NCBI RefSeq assembly: GCF_002113885.1
Contig: NW_018406461.1
Span: 19,799-83,798, forward strand
Source: Mizuhopecten yessoensis
Taxonomy: Eukaryota
DNA: 64,000 bases
Direction of reading: 5' to 3'
Part shown: one piece after another, positions 12,053-23,905 of the stretch
How positions within the stretch are numbered: position 1 is the stretch's first letter
Layout of the letters: each line of letters opens with the position of its first letter
The notes under the pieces: model-generated
The model's input: the letters and a program-made list of their open reading frames with translations, nothing else
What the model was told of the DNA's origin: nothing
Database searches by the model: none
Program-made: the position numbers and the translations under genes

Positions 12053-14858
12053 ATAGTTACAGTTCTTTACAACTAAACAGTGTGTCAACCAGTTACGGTT
12101 TCAATTTCCCTCAAAAAGGTTAGAATTAAACTATTAATAATTATAGTTCACAGCTAAAAGCTACATTTAACACCAATCATACCCTCCCGATCTGTCGTCC
12201 AGGATGAACAGGGATATGCCCGTACCTTCGGTTGTTCGTTCATTCGTTCGTTCAAATGATGTTATCGCTCTACAGTCTTCATTTCTTATCCGATTGACAC
12301 GACACCTCACGCACATGTTCACAAACATCACATGTTGTACGAGCTTGCGTTCCGACCTTCTGCAGTCAAAAACTAGATCACTGTTACTATAAATAGAGTT
12401 GGATAGAAATTGCTCTACAGACTTCAGTTCTTTTCTGATCGCCACAGAACTTCACACACATGTTCACAAACATCGCCTCTGTTTGCGTTTCGACCTCCTG
12501 CAGTCAAAATTTTGCAGCGCGGCGTTATTCGTATGGTCTACGATGCCTTGTGCGATGCCTTGTTATATAGCTACTAAGTAGTTATTGTTTGTCAATAAAT
12601 AGTGACAGTTATCACTAAATATCAAATTCAACAAATGATGATTACAACTTACACCCAAAATATTACATTTTATAATGTACCACTAGTAATATACATATTC
12701 ATCATTAAATATTATTGTTCACTTGATTTAGCAATGCACTACGTATACCTGTTACACTCACAGATAAATAGCTCGTTAACAACTGAATAGGTACAGTTTG
12801 CAACTTAATCGTGAAAATTCACCACTTATTAATTTCAGTTCATCAACAAATAGTTAGATTTTACTTTTAAATAGTTACGCTTATCCGTTTTATATTTTTT
12901 TAATTTACTGAATTCAAATACTTATTATTGACCGCCAAATAGCTGCATTTCTCTTCTAGATAACTATCATTAAATATACTTCAACTCTGCCATCATTATA
13001 TGACGATCTGTTTTGTCTTTATATGATGCTGTATTTCTATTCTATATACATTGATCATCATTGGATGCAATTCCGGCTTTATATCACGTGCATATATTTT
13101 TATATGATGTAAATTTATAACAAATTCCGCAGGACATAATGTCTCTGAATAGCTATGTTATCGCGCTTATAATGGATTATCGCTGCATTCTTTATTTTTG
13201 TGGGGTCAAAAGAGGGAGGAATACAAGATATAAACACCTGCATTTGGTATGATGTTGATCTTTTTTCTTTAAAAGCGCCTACTGACTTAAAAAGTCAGTG
13301 TGCTTCTCATGAATGTGCATCTCAATCTTTGTTCCAGTGTTCATGAACGTGGTGACCGGAAGTTGAAGCCGTGCGCTAAATGTTTTACCATTGCCGATTT
13401 GTCCCGGGTCTGATCAATAGAGACCTTCTAGACACATTCATAAAATTACAATTTGGTGTTATATGATGACGTTTAAAAATAATAAATCACAATTTACAAT
13501 GAATCTATATCATAGTATGGTAACAGCGTACATGTATGATGAAAGATGGTCATACAACGTGGTATTCTATCACATTATCAGAAAGAGTAGAGTATATAAC
13601 AATGAAGATATGTGAATTGCTTTCACTGGTTTAATGACAAAGAGATTAAGTGGATATATTTTTTTATAACTCATAGAAGTAAGCATTTCCTTGATTGTTT
13701 TTCGCATTTGATGCCCTTTTTTTTAAAATTTCCAAGTTTTTCTTCATTAAAGATGACATACACCACTGAAATACGCTTACTTTACTTTATCAGTGAACCA
13801 TGGCTCATAAGCTTGTTGTTAGTTTCAGATATTCTGGAAAGATGCGTCATCACAAAAGAATTAAGTATTCAGTGTTATCTACAAGAGAGGAGTTTATATA
13901 CGCTTTCATATCGCCATACTAACCTGAATTCTAATTATATTTGTACAATATGTATAGGATCTTACATGAGTTTTCATTTCGTATGAGAATTATGAAATAA
14001 TATAGCTGGCTTATTTTCTATGTGTTTTATATCTGTAAATAACAGAGTTAACTTGACCAGCTATTTTCACCCAAGGGTGAGTGTGGAAAAAAGCCTGGAT
14101 AAGAAACTATGAAAACAAATGCTTGAACCAAGATGGTGGGTTAAGCATCCGTGTCCCACTTCTGTTCAGTTTCGTATTCTCTCATAAAAGTCCTGCACAG
14201 TATGTGTTTCTTTTCAGAATTGATTTATCAAAGTTGAAGTCATACCGGGAGAAGGTTTTCCAACACTTTATCGTAGATATCTTACTGGTATTTAAGACTT
14301 GTCAAGTATAATTAAGGTATTCTGTTGACCCATTCACGTGACGTTGTCCAACTGCGCAAAATGTAGTGACGTTTTGAAGTTTCACGTTCAAATCGGTGCA
14401 CAACTATTCGCGAACTGTACTAGCCTACGTTTATGGTAAGTTCTGCCTTTTCAATTAAAATTCAAAAATTATCATCTCCAACGATTTAATGTATTTTCGC
14501 TCTTAGTAGTTAATTACCTATCTCGTATATTATAGTCTTATCATGTTATCGTAATGCGACGGTCAAGGTCACGCTGGGCCTGGGTATTCCTTTGTCTGGA
14601 GCTCCGACAAAATAGTGTTTTTCTCATATGTTATTACACGTTTTGAAGTATAATTTTTGGATTACATACTTCATAAGTGGATAATTTATCCCTTAACAGT
14701 ATCTGTTTTCTGGAACTTTTGGTGGAAATGTGTGTTTTGGACGTTTTCAGTTAGGGCAATGGCCTGATACCCTACCTAGTGACTACTGCTCACAGCACAC
14801 TCTACTCTAACTACATGGAGTTGACTTGATATATATGTATTAATACTCAGTGGAAACC

Positions 14859-15639
14859 ATGGCAAACAGAAAGCACAGTATGGGAGGAGCAGCCGGGGTT
14901 AAGACCAGGGGAGCGGATAAGAATATTGAGGACAGACTCGATGAGATTACATCCTTGTTAACTACACTCATAACAAAGGCAGACTTTGTTTCCAAGATGA
15001 AGAAGTTGAAAGAAACCATACGAGAGGAAAATAGAGAACTGGTTGAAGAACTCAAAGGGAGAGTGTTCGAACTGGAAATAGAAAATGAGAATCACCGGCT
15101 GACCATTGGAAACCTGGAGACTCAATGCGGTGATCTCCAGTGTTCTAAGGACGCTATAGAGGCACGTCATAACGATTTGGAGCAACACGGCCGCAAGAAC
15201 TCACTCAGAATACACGGACTGAAGGACACATCTGATTCAGAGACTGTGGAGGAATGTGTGGACAAATTCGTGAACTTTGTGTCTTCTAAACTTAAGGTGG
15301 ATATTACTAGTGGGGACATTGACATTGCTCATCGTCTTGGAAAGTTCAACCGGGAAAGACCGACAAACATCATCGTCAAGTTTACACATCGACGAAAAAG
15401 GAACGAGGTCATCAAAGCCCGCTATAAATTGAAGAAAAACTGGATATACGGTGTTTGAGGATCTCACGAAGATCAACCAGCAGATCCACAAGGACGCGTA
15501 TAAGCTTCAGTGTGTGAAGAACTCGTACAGTACGGACGGTAAGCTTTTCGCTATACTGAATGATGGTAGAAAGAGAAGGCTCCAGTTTGGCACACCACTC
15601 ACAGACAATTTTCTTAAGGAAGATTCCAACTTTGTGTAA
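14859..15639 (+). pseudogene. LINE ORF1p-like protein (coiled-coil + RRM, L1/CR1 ORF1 type) with one +1 frameshift
   Basis: Coiled coil, then LEQHGRKNSLRIHGL, DIDIAHRLG, PTNIIVKF; removing one A from the run at 15435-15439 gives KLKKTGYTVFEDLT and a 259-aa ORF. Confidence 0.8.
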
Positions 15640-15876
15640 ATGTATATTTATTGCATAGTGATCGGTAATGGACTAGGTACGATGGTGCCGCCAGGAATTA
15701 CCCTGGTTTTACCGATATATTACCAACTACTAATTAAAATTATTTTTTATATATATATAGAAAAAAAACCTGTATATGTTGATACATATGTATATCTATA
15801 GACATGCTTCTATATCTTAAAAATTCTCTTATACAATATATACAGTACAATGTATTATGATACTGACGTTTCCGGA

Positions 15877-17042
15877 TTTTAAGGTCCCCTGAGCTTTAGC
15901 TCAAGTGACCTATTGCTATCCGTTTTCGCCCGTCGTCGTCCGTCGTCCGTCGTCCGTTAACATTTTCCATTTCAAACTTAAAGTCAAGTTCTGCAGGGCC
16001 GATTGAACTGAAAGTTGGTAGAATGATCTATTCATGGTCCTGACAAAGTGTTGTTATTTTTCAGGTCAATCAGAAATCTAATATGGCCGCCACAGCCGCC
16101 ATTTTGAAAAACTATTTCAAACTTAAAGTCAAGTTCTGCTAGGCCGATTGAACTAAAAGTTTGTAGGAATGATCGACTCATGGTCCTGACAAAGTGTTGT
16201 TATTTTTCAGGTCCATCAGAAATCCAATATGGCCGCCACGGCCGACATTTTGAAAAACTATTTCAAACTTAAAGTCAAGTGCTGCTAGGCCGATTGAACT
16301 AAAAGTTTGTAGGAATGATCGACTCATGGTCCTGACAAAGTGTTGTTATTTTTCAGGCAAATCAGAAATCCAATATGGCCGCCACGGCCGACATTTTGAA
16401 AAACTATTTCAAACTTAAAGTCAAGTTCTTCTAGGCCGATTGAACTAAAAGTTTGTAGGAATGATCGACTCATGGTCCTGACAAAGTGTTGTTATTTTTC
16501 AGGCCAATCAGAAATCCAATATGGCCGCCACTGCCGCCATTTTGAAAAACTATTTCAAACTTAAAGTCAAGTTCTTCTAGGCCGATTGAACTAAAAGTTT
16601 GTAGGAATGATCGACTCATGGTCCTGACAAAGTGTTGTTATTTTTCAGGTCCATCAGAAATCCAATATGGCCGCCACTGCCGCCATTTTGAAAAACTATT
16701 TGAAACTTAAAAGTAAAGTTCTACTTGGCCGATTGAACTGAAACTTTGAAGGAATGATCGACTTATGGTCCTGACAAAGTGTTGTTATTTTTCGGGTCAA
16801 TCAGAAATATAATTTGGCTACCATGGCCGCCATTTTGTAAATACCTATTTCAAACTTACAAACAAGTTCTAATAGGCTGATCTCACTGAAAATCGGTCTA
16901 GGAATGATCAGCTCATGGTCCTGACAGAGTTAAGTTAACATTATGCTTAACTATTTTTTTACTCAAATTGGTACATATTTCAACAACAAAAATAAATACT
17001 GTTGGACTCAGGTGACCGTTAAGGCCCATGGGCCTCTTGTTT
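15877..17042 (+). mobile_element. HINE/pearl-like element with ~6.5 internal 146-bp tandem repeats
   Basis: 5' AGGTCCCCTGAG, (CCGTCGT)n microsatellite, units at ~15970, 16115, 16261, 16407, 16553, 16699, 16848; 3' CTCAGGTGACC and AGGCCCATGGGCCT hairpin. Confidence 0.85.
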
Positions 17043-17301
17043 GTCTGATAAGTTTAAAAGCTTCAGCTATACCGCTCCTTACAATCCAATCAGTTATTGG
17101 ATTTGTATACTCCTACTATTTCATTTGATATTTGATTTGTATACTCATATTATTTCGCTGTAAAAAGGGTTCTTATATCTTTCCATTTTCCCCTCTTTTC
17201 CCCTCTCTTCCCTTATGTTTCGTTTCCGGAATTTTAAAACAGTCTATCCCTTCCGATAGTTACTACACTACTTCCGGTGTTGTATTACTTCCTACTTCTT
17301 A

Positions 17302-17969
17302 CAAGGGCTACGTCTAGCCCTTGGAGCTTTTCGAACAATACCTGCAAAAAACCTGTATGTGGAAGCAAATGAACCATCCCTTTATGACAGAGGAAAAAAA
17401 CTTTCATTACAATTTGCAGCTCAATTAAAATCAAACCCTAAAAATCCTGCTTTCGACCAAGTATTCAACCCCAAATACCAAAACATATTTACGCAAAACC
17501 GAAAACTTCTGCCAACATTTGGTATCCGAATTTCGAATTTCCTGCAAGAACTCAACATAAAATTGACGGACATAGCTGAATTTATCATATCTGATGTTCC
17601 GCCGTGGATCATTCAAACCCCTGATTTTAACTTTACATTACATGAGCGAGGGAAATCAAGTGTTATGCCCGAAGAACACAAATCCTCCTTTCGGGAATGC
17701 ATTTCGAATTACCCTTCTCATACACAACTTTACACCGATGGCTCCAAAGAAGGTGAGAAAGTGGCAGCAGCCTGCCGTACTGCTAATACTTGCACTTCAG
17801 TCCGACTAACAGACGGCACCTCCATCTTTTCTGCTGAAGCATGCGCCATTGGTTTGGCCCTCGACCATATCGATGAACACCGCATTAAAAAGGCAATTAT
17901 TTGTTCAGACTCTCTATCTGTCCTACAGAGTTTACAGTTACGAGATCCTAAAAACACAATCGTACAAAA
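17302..17969 (+). mobile_element. 5'-truncated Nimb/I LINE fragment running into the gap
   Basis: Near-identical to ~59574-60240 (EANEPSL..YTDGSK..SDSLS). Confidence 0.9.
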
Positions 17970-20365
17970 NNNNNNNNNNNNNNNNNNNNNNNNNNNNNNN
18001 NNNNNNNNNNNNNNNNNNNNNNNNNNNNNNNNNNNNNNNNNNNNNNNNNNNNNNNNNNNNNNNNNNNNNNNNNNNNNNNNNNNNNNNNNNNNNNNNNNNN
18101 NNNNNNNNNNNNNNNNNNNNNNNNNNNNNNNNNNNNNNNNNNNNNNNNNNNNNNNNNNNNNNNNNNNNNNNNNNNNNNNNNNNNNNNNNNNNNNNNNNNN
18201 NNNNNNNNNNNNNNNNNNNNNNNNNNNNNNNNNNNNNNNNNNNNNNNNNNNNNNNNNNNNNNNNNNNNNNNNNNNNNNNNNNNNNNNNNNNNNNNNNNNN
18301 NNNNNNNNNNNNNNNNNNNNNNNNNNNNNNNNNNNNNNNNNNNNNNNNNNNNNNNNNNNNNNNNNNNNNNNNNNNNNNNNNNNNNNNNNNNNNNNNNNNN
18401 NNNNNNNNNNNNNNNNNNNNNNNNNNNNNNNNNNNNNNNNNNNNNNNNNNNNNNNNNNNNNNNNNNNNNNNNNNNNNNNNNNNNNNNNNNNNNNNNNNNN
18501 NNNNNNNNNNNNNNNNNNNNNNNNNNNNNNNNNNNNNNNNNNNNNNNNNNNNNNNNNNNNNNNNNNNNNNNNNNNNNNNNNNNNNNNNNNNNNNNNNNNN
18601 NNNNNNNNNNNNNNNNNNNNNNNTTCCCGTAATTATTCTATTGTACATATTACTTCATTCTTGTAGCTAGTGTTGAAAAGCTGATTACTAAGCAGGTAAC
18701 AAATTTACATAAGTGTCACGACACTTGTTTTTGTTTCCTTTTCTGTTTTATAAAACATGTATTTCGATGTATTGTCGAACAAAATTTGAATAAAACAAAG
18801 TTTAAACCAAGTCCTTTTTACACCGTAAGTTCAGACAATATTCAAGTGAAATCGAACAATGTTTAAATTTTGAGCAATCAGAAGTCCTTTTACGGCAGCC
18901 ATTATGTCTAATCAGAAAACGGAGGCCGTTATAGATTGTGTAGTACCAGTAAATAATCTAACAGATAATGTACCGAGTTGTAGTGACATCGTACAGTTTT
19001 GGTCGATCACAAGGCAGAACAGGGCAGCAAAATCCGTAAGTCCCGTTTCTATATGTTGGACTTAATAAGAAGAAATGCGTCAAAAGAAATAATACAAAAC
19101 TCGTTTGGGAGACTTATCAAAAGAATCGCAGCATGACAAAGTAGTTATACTACTTAGAAATGCAATGTATGATGACATTTTTGGATTCGTACACTGCCCA
19201 GGCCTCAAACTCGCGATTTCTAGAACCAAATCGCATAGCTGATACATATCAGCGTTTAATGTTGATTGGTTAATACATGGTATCCCGATAATCTCTTCAT
19301 AACCATAGTAACAAATCATCTCAGATAAGAACCTGGATGACAATGTATTGTTATATATATATATGTATACCAACCGTCAATAATGGTGCATTCACTATAG
19401 TGCAATTAAGACAGGTGAAAACACTTCGGATCAATATTAACTAGTGGATATGATATAGTGTTTCGATAATTGGATACGTAGTACAGAAACTTAATTTACA
19501 AAGGAAGACAATAGTTGACCCATTCACTGAACCAAATCGCCTAGCCGAGAATTATCAGACGATCCGACCAATATATTACGGAAGAGCATGAGGACCACTA
19601 AGCAAAGGAATATATTTACAAGAAATTAAATTCATAGAGCTATGAACGCAATTCGATCAGTATCATCTTGAAGCTACTCTTTCCGCCTCGATTAACATAA
19701 CACGACTGTTGGAATCAAACATTTGGGTGACGTAAGGTTGTTCCAGGAATCGTGTTTGCGCTGACGACGCAGATACTTCAATATCGAAAATATAAGGGAA
19801 TATCTCTCTTTAGGTCAATAAAAACTAAATATTAAGAACGTATATATATAATTTTATCTCAGTTTCCATGCCAGTATCAACGCAACTCGGTTGCTTACAT
19901 ATTAACCATGACTTCATGGAATTATATAACCGATTTGCGTCCTTATCGGCATGAAATTTGAAAAGCAAATGCCGTTCAATTCTGACATATTTCGTTTTTC
20001 GGTGTTACTGACTCGAATCCTGACGGAATGAGACGCAAAGTAGAGATAATAACTCGAAATCCAAATTTTAAATTAATACAGGAGGGTTTTCTTGTTTTCA
20101 AATTGTTGCTACCGAGCAAAATTTGAACTTATTTTTTGTCATTTGTCACGATTGGTACCATCCTCAATATAAACAGAACCGGATTACAGAATAAACCGGA
20201 TACGCAATAGTTTCATTTATTTAGTTAAAAGACTTTTGTAGTTTTATACACAGATCCGGATTAGATAGTCTGGCTTAAACAAAGTCCACGGAACGTTATT
20301 ACTTTCAATTAAGTTGAAATCGAAATTTAGAGGAAGTCGAAATGTCGTGTCATTATCTTGAAAGT

Positions 20366-23300
20366 TTTTTAGGTCACCTGAGACAAAGTAACAAGTGACC
20401 TAGCGATAGCCTTTTGTCCGTTGTCGTCCGTCGTACATTTTCGACTTCTTCTCCAAAACCCCTGAACCAATTTCAATGAAATTTTGCAGGGACCTTCCAT
20501 GGACAAAGGTCAACAAAAACAGTGGCCGGTTTAGTCCCAAGCCCCCAGGAGCCTGAGAGGCAGGGCCAAAAAGGGTCAAATTGTCTAAAATTTCAAAAAT
20601 CTTCTTCTCAAGACCCAGATATGGTAAAATCAAATCCTCTTCATAGATGGAAGGGTCTTAAGGTGCTTTACCAAAAGTGTGATTTTCCTGACCCTGGGGT
20701 CTCATGTTTCCCCCTGGGGAGGGGGTAAACTTTACTATAGTTTATATAGGGAAATCACATTTTGGACCAACATTTGTTTAATTTTCATTGGAAGTAATTC
20801 AATTTTGGGTTAACATTATCAGTATAAGGTAGCAGTTTGAAAATAAGTACATATGAGCCCTGACTGACCCCCAGGGGCTGATGGGTGAGGCCAAAAAGGG
20901 TCGAATTTACTGAATTTTCAAAAATCTTCTTCTCAAGACCCTAATCGAAATTTAGAGGAAGTCGAAATGTCGTGTCATTATCTTGAAAGTTTTTTAGGTC
21001 ACCTGAGACAAAGTAACAAGTGACCTAGCGATAGCCTTTTTTCCGTTGTCGTCCGTCGTACATTTTCGACTTCTTCTCCAAAACCCCTGAACCAATTTTA
21101 ATGAAATTTTGCAGGGACCTTCCATGGACAAAGGTCAACAAAAACAGTGGCCGGTTTAGTCCCAAGCCCCCAGGAGCCTGAGAGGCAGGGCCAAAAAGGG
21201 ACAAATTGTCTAAAATTTCAAAAATCTTCTTCTCAAGACCCGGATATGGTAGAATCAAATACTCTTCATATATCGAAGGGTCTTAAGGGTGCTTTACCGA
21301 AATTATGAATTTCATGACCCTGGGGTCTTACGTTTCCCGCTGGGGAGGGGGTAAACTTTACTAACGTTTATATAGGGAAATCACATTTTGGACCAACATT
21401 TGTTTAATTTTCATTGGAAGTAATTCAATTTTGGGTTAGCATTATCAGTATAAGGTAGCAGTTTGATAATAAGCACATATGAGCCCTGACTGACCCCAAG
21501 GGGCTGATGGGTGAGGCCAAAAAGGGTCGAATTGACTGAAATTTCAAAAATCTTCTTCTCAAGACCCGGATATGGTAGAATCAAATACTCTTCATATATG
21601 GAAGGGTCTTAAGGGTGCTTTACCGAAATTGTGAATTTCATGACCCTGGGGTCTTACGTTTCCCGCTGGGGAGGGGGTAAACTTTACTAAAGTTTATATA
21701 GGGAAATCACATTTTGGACCAACATTTGTTTAATTTTCATTGGAAGTAATTCAATTTTGGGTTAGCATTATCAGTATAAGGTAGCAGTTTGAAAATAAGC
21801 ACATATGAGCCCTGACTGACCCCGAGGGGCTGATGGGTGAGGCCAAAAAGGGTCGAATTTACTGAATTTTCAAAAATCTTCTTCTCAAGACCCTAATCGA
21901 AATTTAGAGGAAGTCGAAATGTCGTGTCATTATCTTGAAAGTTTTTTAGGTCACCTGAGACAAAGTAACAAGTGACCTAGCGATAGCCTTTTTTCCGTTG
22001 TCGTCCGTCGTACATTTTCGACTTCTTCTCCAAAACCCCTGAACCAATTTAAATGAAATTTTGCAGGGACCTTCCATGGACAAAGGGAAACAAAAACAGT
22101 GGCCGGTTTAGTCCCAAGCCCCCAGGAGCCTGAGAGGCAGGGCCAAAAAGGGTCAAATTGTCTAAAATTTCAAAAATCTTCTTCTCAAGACCCGGATATG
22201 GTAGAATCAAATACTCTTCATATATCGAAGGGTCTTAAGGGTGCTTTACCGAAATTATGAATTTCATGACCCTGGGGTCTTACGTTTCCCGCTGGGGAGG
22301 GGGTAAACTTTACTAACGTTTATATAGGGAAATCACATTTTGGACCAACATTTGTTTAATTTCCATTGGAAGTAATTCAATTTTGGGTTAGCATTATCAG
22401 TATAAGGTAGCAGTTTGAGAATAAGCACATATGAGCCCTGACTGACCCCGAGGGGCTGATGGGTGAGGCCAAAAAGGGTCGAATTTACTGAATTTTCAAA
22501 AATCTTCTTCTCAAGACCCTAATCGAAATTTAGAGGAAGTCGAAATGTCGTGTCATTATCTTGAAAGTTTTTTAGGTCACCTGAGACAAAGTAACAAGTG
22601 ACCTAGCGATAGCCTTTTTTCCGTTGTCGTCCGTCGTACATTTTCGACTTCTTCTCCAAAACCCCTGAACCAATTTCAATGAAATTTTGCAGGGACCTTC
22701 CATGGACAAAGGTCAACAAAAACAGTGGCCGGTTTAGTCCCAAGCCCCCAGGAGCCTGAGAGGCAGGGACAAAAAGGGTCAAATTGTCTAAAATTTCAAA
22801 AATCTTCTTCTCAAGACCCAGATATGGTAAAATCAAATCCTCTTCATAGATGGAAGGGTCTTAAGGTGCTTTACCAAAAGTGTGATTTTCTTGACCCTGG
22901 GGTCTCATGTTTCCCCCTTGGGAGGGGGTAAACTTTACTATAGTTTATATAGGGAAATCACAATTTTGACCAACATTTGTTTAATTTCCATTGGAAGTAA
23001 TTCAATTTTGGGTTAGCATTATCAGTATAAGGTAGCAGTTTGAGAATAAGCACATATGAGCCCTGACTGACCCTCAGGGGCTGATAGGTGGGGTCAAAAA
23101 GGGGCGAATTTACTGAAATTTCAAAATCTTCTTCTTAAGACCAAGATATGGTAGAATCAAATACGTTTCATAGATGGAAGGGCCTAAGGTTTATGGCCCT
23201 AGGGTCTCACGGGAGGTGGGGGGGGGGGGGGAGGAAAAGTTATTATGGTTTATAATGGCAAATGATATTATGAATATTACATTGGATTGGAATTATAACC

Positions 23301-23545
23301 TTGAGTTGACAGTTTGATACTTTGAACTGTAGGATGGGGCTCAAAGGAGTCAGTGTGCTAAAATTTCTTCATTTTCCTTGTTTAGAAACAGAGGTGCTAG
23401 TTTCAAATACTTTTTAGTCTGAAATCTGTATGCTAGATATTGAATAAGGTGGTTTTATTGTTTTTTGTCACTTTGAATGTTAAAAACAAATCAACTCTCT
23501 GTATAAATATATTAGGTGACCGTTAAGGCCCATGGACCTCTTGTT
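20366..23545 (+). mobile_element. HINE/pearl-like element with a ~326-bp internal satellite and four tandem copies of its 5' end
   Basis: TTAGGTCACCTGAG 5' ends at ~20369, 20994, 21946, 22571; single 3' end AGGTGACCGTTAAGGCCCATGGACCTCTTGTT at ~23514-23545. Confidence 0.85.
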
Positions 23546-23769
23546 TTCTATATTTCCCTTACGCTCTTCCGTATTGTATACCTATTACATTTTCGACATG
23601 TTTTTGTCATTATTTCAATAAGTACAAATTACATAAGTATTCGTTTTAATTATCAGAGTTGCTAGAGCTTTTGAGCTACACATCAAACAAAACTTAATTT
23701 AGTAGTTGACACAGTATCCCTAATCAATTAATTGTAAGAAAACAATTGATCTACATGCCCTTCACAAGG

Positions 23770-23875
23770 CAGTGCTGACGGTTGATCGATAATTAGTTAG
23801 TGAAATGCAATAGACATAGATCAGTTATCGTATTTTCATAATGAAGGACCACGTGACAGGGAGGCATTTATAAAA
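23770..23875 (+). promoter_or_regulatory. Conserved GPCR core promoter (CACGTG 23850-23855, TATAAAA 23869-23875)
   Basis: Duplicate of 455-560. Confidence 0.65.
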
Positions 23876-23905
23876 GAAGACCATGAGAAAACGTTTGCCC
23901 AATGC

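Larger units (their letters stand above)
1..14558 (+). repeat. Duplicated block, copy 1 (left end extends beyond the window)
   Basis: Colinear and near-identical to 23327-35420 apart from indels; homology ends at GTAATGCG (14558 / 35420). Confidence 0.92.
14559..18810 (+). mobile_element. Putative ORF1-only CR1-like retroelement carrying nested HINE and Nimb insertions
   Basis: Begins exactly at the block breakpoint; ~300-nt leader, ORF1, no ORF2 visible; CR1-like 3' hairpin AAGTGTC-AC-GACACTT and AATAAAACAAAGTTTAAAC end lie after the gap, so linkage across the gap is uncertain. Confidence 0.45.

Noticed and set aside
15970-16930. Regular repeats resembling a CRISPR array (also 38690-39065 and 46372-46870)
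   Set aside because: Head-to-tail units without unique spacers, no cas genes, eukaryotic context
17849-18670. Long ORFs containing X runs (also 58068-59090)
   Set aside because: Artefacts of translating N gaps
19080-19373. 97-aa minus-strand ORF between the blocks
   Set aside because: No recognisable domain or splice context; cannot be supported
20400-22931. Repeated 77-aa and 68-aa ORFs
   Set aside because: Chance ORFs inside tandemly repeated HINE sequence; no protein features
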